From positions 384,001 to 448,000 of the forward strand of contig CAWCFX010000006.1 of assembly GCA_963795085.1 (NCBI GenBank): 64,000 bases of DNA, read 5' to 3'. The notes below the pieces were generated by a model. The model made no database searches. It saw only the letters and a list, made by a program, of their open reading frames with translations, and had not been told where the DNA came from. Position 1 is the first letter of the stretch. The number at the start of each line of letters is the position of its first letter. This document shows positions 57,891-64,000 of the stretch, in pieces. The DNA comes from an uncultured Gemmatimonadales bacterium (lineage in GTDB: Bacteria > Gemmatimonadota > Gemmatimonadetes > Gemmatimonadales > GWC2-71-9). Position numbers and translations under genes: made by a program.

Positions 57891-57971
57891 AGTTCTTCAA
57901 CGATCGTGATTTCCGTTCGGGCTGCCAGCGACGGGGCCGGCACGAACTTCGTTAGCCCACCCATGTAGCGA

Positions 57972-58008
57972 CTGCGGAACCCGCAGCCGCAGACTGCTGA
58001 ATCCGCAG
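57972..58008. promoter_or_regulatory. Tandem palindromic activator sites (CTGCGG-N3-CCGCAG), 22 nt apart
   Basis: Perfect palindrome 57972-57986; one-mismatch copy 57994-58008. Confidence 0.7.
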
Positions 58009-58060
58009 GCGGTCACCCCTCGTGGCCTGCCAAGATACTGTCATTAATGGCCTTGGGTCA

Positions 58061-58075
58061 TGGCACCCCCCTTGC
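58061..58075 (+). promoter_or_regulatory. sigma54 -24/-12 promoter
   Basis: TGGCAC-CCCCC-TTGC, GG-N10-GC. Confidence 0.8.
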
Positions 58076-58128
58076 CTTAACAGGAGTCGGCGCACCAACG
58101 GCCGACGACTCGATCAGGGGGCAAGGTC

Positions 58129-59409
58129 ATGAAACGGATCATTCTCGCAACCACAGCGCTCGGCATTGCGGCCGCGGCCGGATTCGGGTTTCTCGCCGGC
58201 GGCTCCGGCGGGGCGCTTACCTACCGTACCACTGCGATCACCCGCGGCAATGTCGAGAGCACCATCAGCACCACCGGCACTCTGGGCGCGGTCAACACCG
58301 TCCAGGTCGGCACCCAGATTTCGGGTCAGGTGTCCGGGCTCTATGCCGACTTCAACGATCGGGTGAAGAAGGGTCAGTTGCTGGCCCGGCTCGACCCCAC
58401 CCTGCTGCAACAGTCGGTGCAGCAGGCCCAGGCCGACGTGGAGCGATCCAGCGCCGAGGTACGCCAGCGGGAATACGCCATGGGCCAGGCTACCGCCCTG
58501 TACCAGATCCAGGGCATCACCGAGACCGAGTATCGCACGGGCGAGTACGATCTCGCGGTCTCAAGGGCTAACCTGAAGTCGGCCGAAAGTGGCCTCGAGC
58601 GGGCCCGGCAGAACCTGCAGTACACCTCCGTGCATTCCCCGGTGGACGGTGTGGTCATCGAACGCACCGTGTCGGTGGGGCAGACGGTGGCGGCGAGTCT
58701 CTCGGCACCGCAGCTGTTCCTCATCGCTGAGGACCTATCCCACATGGAGATCCTGGCCTCGGTGGACGAGAGTGACATCGGCCAGATCAAGGAAGGCCAG
58801 TCGGTGCGGTTCACGGTCCAGGCCTACGCCAACCGGACCTTTGCCGGCACCGTACGCCAGGTGCGGATGCAATCCGAGACCACGGAAGGCGTGGTGAACT
58901 ACACCGTGGTCATCGCGGTCGCGAACCCCGACGCCGCGCTGCTGCCCGGGATGACCGCGACGGTGAGCTTCGAGCTGGCACAGGCCATCGACGTCCTTCG
59001 GGTGCCCAACGCCGCGCTTCGCTTTCGTCCCACCGACGCCATGCTTGCGGCGGTGCCGCAGCCCGCCGGGGACTCGACCCCTCCGGCGACCGAGACGACC
59101 GATGCGACTGTGCGCGTGCGCCTGGCCAGCACCGGCGCAACGGGCGGTGCCCAGGCCGGCAGCCTGGCGCAAGGACGCGGGAGCGTCACCCAGCTCTGGT
59201 ACCTGGACGAACAGGGCGTGGCGCGGGTGGCCCGGGTTCGGGTGGGCCTGTCCGACGGTCAAATGACCCAGATCGCCGGCCCCGATCTTCGCGAAGGATT
59301 ACAGGTCATCACCAGTGTCACCACCGGCGCGGACGGCACCACGGCCACCGCGAGCCCGTTCTCGGGCGCCGCACCGTCGGGCGGTCCACCCGTTCCGGGA
59401 GGGTTCTAG
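58129..59409 (+). CDS. MacA-like periplasmic adaptor
   Basis: VQVGTQISG, SPVDGVVI, GQTVAASL, VDESDIG, LLPGMTA. Confidence 0.93.
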   Translation: MKRIILATTALGIAAAAGFGFLAGGSGGALTYRTTAITRGNVESTISTTGTLGAVNTVQVGTQISGQVSGLYADFNDRVKKGQLLARLDPTLLQQSVQQAQADVERSSAEVRQREYAMGQATALYQIQGITETEYRTGEYDLAVSRANLKSAESGLERARQNLQYTSVHSPVDGVVIERTVSVGQTVAASLSAPQLFLIAEDLSHMEILASVDESDIGQIKEGQSVRFTVQAYANRTFAGTVRQVRMQSETTEGVVNYTVVIAVANPDAALLPGMTATVSFELAQAIDVLRVPNAALRFRPTDAMLAAVPQPAGDSTPPATETTDATVRVRLASTGATGGAQAGSLAQGRGSVTQLWYLDEQGVARVARVRVGLSDGQMTQIAGPDLREGLQVITSVTTGADGTTATASPFSGAAPSGGPPVPGGF

Positions 59410-59410
59410 G

Positions 59411-60166
<756 letters not shown>

Positions 60167-60168
60167 CC

Positions 60169-61386
60169 ATGAAAGCGACTCGACTGATCGATATCGCCAC
60201 CCGGAGCATCCTGAAGAACAAGCTGCGGGCACTGCTCACCATGCTCGGGATCATCATCGGCGTGGGCGCGGTGGTGGTGATGGTGGCCATCGGCCAGGGC
60301 GCCAGCGCCCAGATCCAGCAACAGATCGACAACCTGGGCTCCAACATGATCGTGATCGTCCCGGGCGCCTCCAGTGCCGGGGGAGTGAGCCAGGGTGCGG
60401 GGACGGCCAACCGGCTGACCCTGGAGGACGCCGAGACGCTCGACCGGGAGAGTGTGCTGCTCACTGCCGTCTCGCCGGTCATCGCCACCTTCAGCCAGGT
60501 CGTGGGTGGCCAGGGCAACTGGCGGAGCCAGATCTACGGGGTTTCCACCGACTACACCACCATCAGGGACTGGGGCGTCAGTTCCGGCCGATTCTTCGAC
60601 GATGCCGATCTCCGATCGATGCGCAAGGTCGCCGTCCTCGGCAAGACCGTGGCCGACAACCTGTTTCCCGACCAGGACCCGGTCGGGGCGCAGGTTCGGA
60701 TTCGCAACGTGCCCTTCGACGTGATCGGAGTCCTGGCGGGAAAGGGGCAGACGGCGCAAGGCGCCGATCAGGACGACGTCATCCTGGCCCCGTATACCAC
60801 GGTCCAGACCCGTCTGTCCGGCCGGAGCTTCATCCCCCAGATCCTGGGCAGCACCGCGGCACCCGAGGATATCGCCGCGGCGCAGGACGAGGCCCGGGCC
60901 ATCCTGCGGGAGACCCACAAGCTGCCCAGCTACGAGGCCGACGACTTCACGGTGAAGAACCAGAACGACCTGGCCGACGCCGCGCAGGGCAGCACGGAGG
61001 TCATGACCCTGCTCCTGGCGGCGATCGCCTCGATTTCGCTGCTGGTGGGCGGCATCGGGATCATGAACATCATGCTGGTGTCGGTCACCGAGCGGACCCG
61101 GGAGATCGGGATCCGCATGGCCATCGGCGCGCGCGGGTCCGACGTGCTGGTCCAGTTCCTGGTCGAGAGCATCGTGCTGAGCGCGATCGGCGGCGCGCTG
61201 GGAGTGGGACTGGGCTACGCGTCGGCCGCGGTAGTCCAGCGGCTTACCGGCTGGAGTACCGCCATCGCGCCCGGGGTGGTGGCGATCGCTATCGGGTTCG
61301 CCGCGGTGGTGGGAATCTTCTTCGGGTTCTACCCGGCGCGAAGAGCTGCGGCGCTGGATCCCATCCAGGCGCTCCGGTACGAGTAG
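60169..61386 (+). CDS. MacB-type ABC permease
   Basis: LTMLGIIIGV, VGGIGIMNIMLVSVTERTREIGIR, ALRYE. Confidence 0.95.
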   Translation: MKATRLIDIATRSILKNKLRALLTMLGIIIGVGAVVVMVAIGQGASAQIQQQIDNLGSNMIVIVPGASSAGGVSQGAGTANRLTLEDAETLDRESVLLTAVSPVIATFSQVVGGQGNWRSQIYGVSTDYTTIRDWGVSSGRFFDDADLRSMRKVAVLGKTVADNLFPDQDPVGAQVRIRNVPFDVIGVLAGKGQTAQGADQDDVILAPYTTVQTRLSGRSFIPQILGSTAAPEDIAAAQDEARAILRETHKLPSYEADDFTVKNQNDLADAAQGSTEVMTLLLAAIASISLLVGGIGIMNIMLVSVTERTREIGIRMAIGARGSDVLVQFLVESIVLSAIGGALGVGLGYASAAVVQRLTGWSTAIAPGVVAIAIGFAAVVGIFFGFYPARRAAALDPIQALRYE

Positions 61387-61388
61387 CC

Positions 61389-62672
61389 ATGCCGGCCTTA
61401 TATTCGCTCATGCCGTCTCGCCGCTACCGCTGGGCCCGATGGGGCTGGCTGGCCACGACCGTTGCGCTGGGCGCGGCCCTCGTGATCTCGGCCTGGATCG
61501 CCCGTGAGCGAGCCGCGGGTGCGGCCGATACCCTGAACCGGGGTCAGGCCGGGGTCTGGCTCGAGTCGGTGCGCCACGTGCTGCGCGAAGCGGAGATGCC
61601 CGTGGGTTCGGGAGCGCTCGATTCGCTGTTCGGCGCGTTGCGTGACGCCGGCGTCGAAGGGATCTCGCTCTTCGATTCTTCCGGAGCCCTGGCGGTGCAG
61701 GCCGGCATCCCGGTCGTGGCCCCGCGATCGGTGCCGGACAGCACCGGGCCGGGGCCGGTGACGATGGTGGACCAGGGCAACCGCATCACGCTGGTGGGCC
61801 CCGCCCTGGGAGGCCGGCCTGGTGACGAGGAGGGTGGCCGCAGCCGGCGTCGTCCGTTCCTGGTCGTCATGGAGTTCACGCCGGTCGCCGCGCACCAGCT
61901 GGTGGAGGACGCCACTCGCCGGTTCTGGCTGTCCTCGCTGGTCGCCGCAGCCTTGTTAGGTGCCGCCCTGGTGTTCTGGCGCCTCATCACGCTCCATGAA
62001 GTTGCCGAACGCCGCTACCGCCAGCAGGAGCAACTCAGCAAGCTGGGCGAGATGTCGGCGGTGCTGGCTCACGAGATCCGCAATCCACTCGCATCACTCA
62101 AGGGCCACGCCCAATTGCTCACGGAACGGCTGGGAGACGGCAGTGCCGAGGGCAACAAGGCGCGGCTGGTGGTGCGAGAAGCCGAGCGCCTGGAGGCGAT
62201 CACCAACGACCTGCTGGGGTTCGCCCGATCCGGTCCAATCGCGATCGAGCCTGCCGACCCGATGACGCTGCTGCGGTCGTGCGCGGATGAGGTGGCGCCC
62301 GGTGGGTTCATCCTGCCGGAGGGCGGGGCGCCGGATACATGGCCCCTCGATTCCCACCGCATGCGGCGGGCGCTGGTCAACATTCTGCGCAACGCCCGCC
62401 AGGCCTCGCCGGAACACACCCGGCCGGAAGCGTCGGTACGAATCGAGCACGGCCGCCTGGTGTTCGCCGTTCGGGACTACGGTCCGGGGATTCCCGCCGG
62501 AGATGAGCGGCGCATCTTCGAGCCGTTCTACACCACCCGGACCTCCGGGACCGGGCTGGGCCTCGCCGTCGCCGCGCGGGTGGCGGAGATGCACGACGGA
62601 GAGGTCCGGGTCCGGAATCATCCCGAGGGCGGCGCGGTGTTCTCCATCGCGATCCCCAGGGGCCTGGGCTGA
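61389..62672 (+). CDS. Sensor histidine kinase
   Basis: Two TMs; AHEIRNPL, NILRNA, DYGPG, FEPFYTT, GTGLGL. Confidence 0.93.
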   Translation: MPALYSLMPSRRYRWARWGWLATTVALGAALVISAWIARERAAGAADTLNRGQAGVWLESVRHVLREAEMPVGSGALDSLFGALRDAGVEGISLFDSSGALAVQAGIPVVAPRSVPDSTGPGPVTMVDQGNRITLVGPALGGRPGDEEGGRSRRRPFLVVMEFTPVAAHQLVEDATRRFWLSSLVAAALLGAALVFWRLITLHEVAERRYRQQEQLSKLGEMSAVLAHEIRNPLASLKGHAQLLTERLGDGSAEGNKARLVVREAERLEAITNDLLGFARSGPIAIEPADPMTLLRSCADEVAPGGFILPEGGAPDTWPLDSHRMRRALVNILRNARQASPEHTRPEASVRIEHGRLVFAVRDYGPGIPAGDERRIFEPFYTTRTSGTGLGLAVAARVAEMHDGEVRVRNHPEGGAVFSIAIPRGLG

Positions 62673-62678
62673 GCTCCC

Positions 62679-63959
62679 ATGGCACGAGTCCTGGTGGTGG
62701 ACGACGAAGTCGGGCTGCGGACGTTCATCGCCGAGGCCCTCGAGGGCGACGGCCACGTCGTGTCGCAGGCGGCTGACGGCGCCGAGGCGCTGAGCCAGCT
62801 CGCGCAGGCGGCCTTCGACCTGTTGATCACCGACCTCCGGATGCCCAACGTCGATGGCATGATCCTCCTCCGGCAAGCCCGGGCCGAGCAGCCCGGGATG
62901 GAAGCGATCGTCATGACGGCGCACGGCTCCGTGGATTCTGCGGTCGAAGCGATGAAACTCGGCGCCATCGACTATCTGGAGAAGCCGGTCAAGAGCCCGG
63001 CGGCCCTGCGGGCATTGGTCGCGCGGTCGCTGGAGCGCCAGGGAACCGAAACCCGGGGGGACATGGGGCCCGGCCGAGCCGCGACGGTCTCCCCGGCGGG
63101 GGCCTTCCGGCAATTCACCGCCGCCCTGGCAGACCGGTACGTCATTCAGCGCGAAATCGGCCAGGGTGGGACGGCCACCGTCTACCTGGCTTGGGACCCG
63201 CGCCACGGACGCCAGGTGGCCATCAAGGTCCCCCGCCCTGAACTCGCCGGGATGCTGGGGATCGAGCGGTTCCTGCGCGAGATCGCGATCGTGGCGCGCC
63301 TCACGCATCCGCATATCCTGCCGCTGGTGGATTCCGGCGAGGCGGCGGGTACCTTGTACTATATTATGCCCTATGCCGGCGGCGGGTCGCTACGGGAGTG
63401 GCTGGGCCGACACGCGGTTCCACCGATTCACGTGGCACTGCGACTTGCCAGTCAGGTTGGTGCGGCGCTGGACTACGCCCACCGGCAGGGCTTCGTCCAT
63501 CGAGACATCAAGCCGGAAAACATCCTGTTCACCGATGGCTGGCCCCTCGTCGCGGATTTCGGCATCGCCCGCGCCATCACGATGGCGGCAGGCGATTCCC
63601 TGACGGCCATCGGCGTGACCCTGGGAACCCCGGAATACATGAGTCCTGAGCAGGTGGCCGGTGATCGCTCACTGGATGGCCGGAGCGACGAATACAGCCT
63701 GGCCGTGGTCGTGTTCGAAATGCTTACCGGCGCCGTGCCGTTCGCGGGCGTCAGTGCCCGCGCCACCATGGGACGGCACCTGACGGAGGCTCCGCCGCGG
63801 CTCGGGACCCGCCGGCCGGATATCCCCGAAGTGCTCGAGCAAACGATGAGCCGGGCGCTGGCCAAGAACCCGGCGGATCGCTTTCCGACGATGGCGGCAT
63901 TCGTCGACGCCCTGGGCGCCACATCCGCGATTTCCCTCGCCACCTCCGGGTCGTCCTAG
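62679..63959 (+). CDS. Receiver domain fused to Hanks Ser/Thr kinase
   Basis: VVDDE, DLRMP, TAHG, KP; then GQGGTATVY, HRDIKPEN, DFG, GTPEYMSPE. Confidence 0.9.
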   Translation: MARVLVVDDEVGLRTFIAEALEGDGHVVSQAADGAEALSQLAQAAFDLLITDLRMPNVDGMILLRQARAEQPGMEAIVMTAHGSVDSAVEAMKLGAIDYLEKPVKSPAALRALVARSLERQGTETRGDMGPGRAATVSPAGAFRQFTAALADRYVIQREIGQGGTATVYLAWDPRHGRQVAIKVPRPELAGMLGIERFLREIAIVARLTHPHILPLVDSGEAAGTLYYIMPYAGGGSLREWLGRHAVPPIHVALRLASQVGAALDYAHRQGFVHRDIKPENILFTDGWPLVADFGIARAITMAAGDSLTAIGVTLGTPEYMSPEQVAGDRSLDGRSDEYSLAVVVFEMLTGAVPFAGVSARATMGRHLTEAPPRLGTRRPDIPEVLEQTMSRALAKNPADRFPTMAAFVDALGATSAISLATSGSS

Positions 63960-63963
63960 AACG

Positions 63964-64000
63964 ATGGCGACAATCCTGGTGGCCGAGGACGAACCCGGAC
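63964..64000 (+). CDS. Response regulator N-terminus (truncated by the window edge)
   Basis: MATILVAEDEPG. Confidence 0.7.
   Translation, partial: MATILVAEDEPG

Overview
High-GC bacterial DNA, probably Gemmatimonadota (inferred from gene content and protein style, not from a search). Four zones. (1) 1-14.5 kb: DsbA, DUF4956 and DUF5916 genes, a Rieske-flavodoxin fusion, and a kynurenine/3-hydroxyanthranilate tryptophan-catabolic cluster (HAO, ACMSD, kynU, kmo, kynA, RidA-type deaminase, semialdehyde dehydrogenase). (2) 15.7-28.6 kb: an uncharacterised, translationally coupled operon (SBP, GHMP kinase, heparinase II/III-like, class III aminotransferase, two amidohydrolases, DHDPS-like, DHODH-like, OSBS/NAAAR) with divergent ABC permeases. 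(3) 28.8-58 kb: a variable region of short, mostly + strand secreted or membrane ORFs, many frameshifted. It has one well-formed and several decayed attC-like sites but no integrase, a decayed toxin-antitoxin cassette, a repeated sigma70-type promoter module, two palindromic repeat families, a 20-unit array phased at about 21.5 nt before an all-helical hypothetical gene, and ppc. (4) 58-64 kb: a sigma54-type promoter with tandem palindromic activator sites before a MacAB-like operon, a histidine kinase and a receiver-Ser/Thr-kinase hybrid. Several families of short tandem repeats occupy intergenic spaces, and some supply stop codons. No rRNA, tRNA, CRISPR array, integrase or transposase was recognised. 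All calls were made by eye, without database searches.
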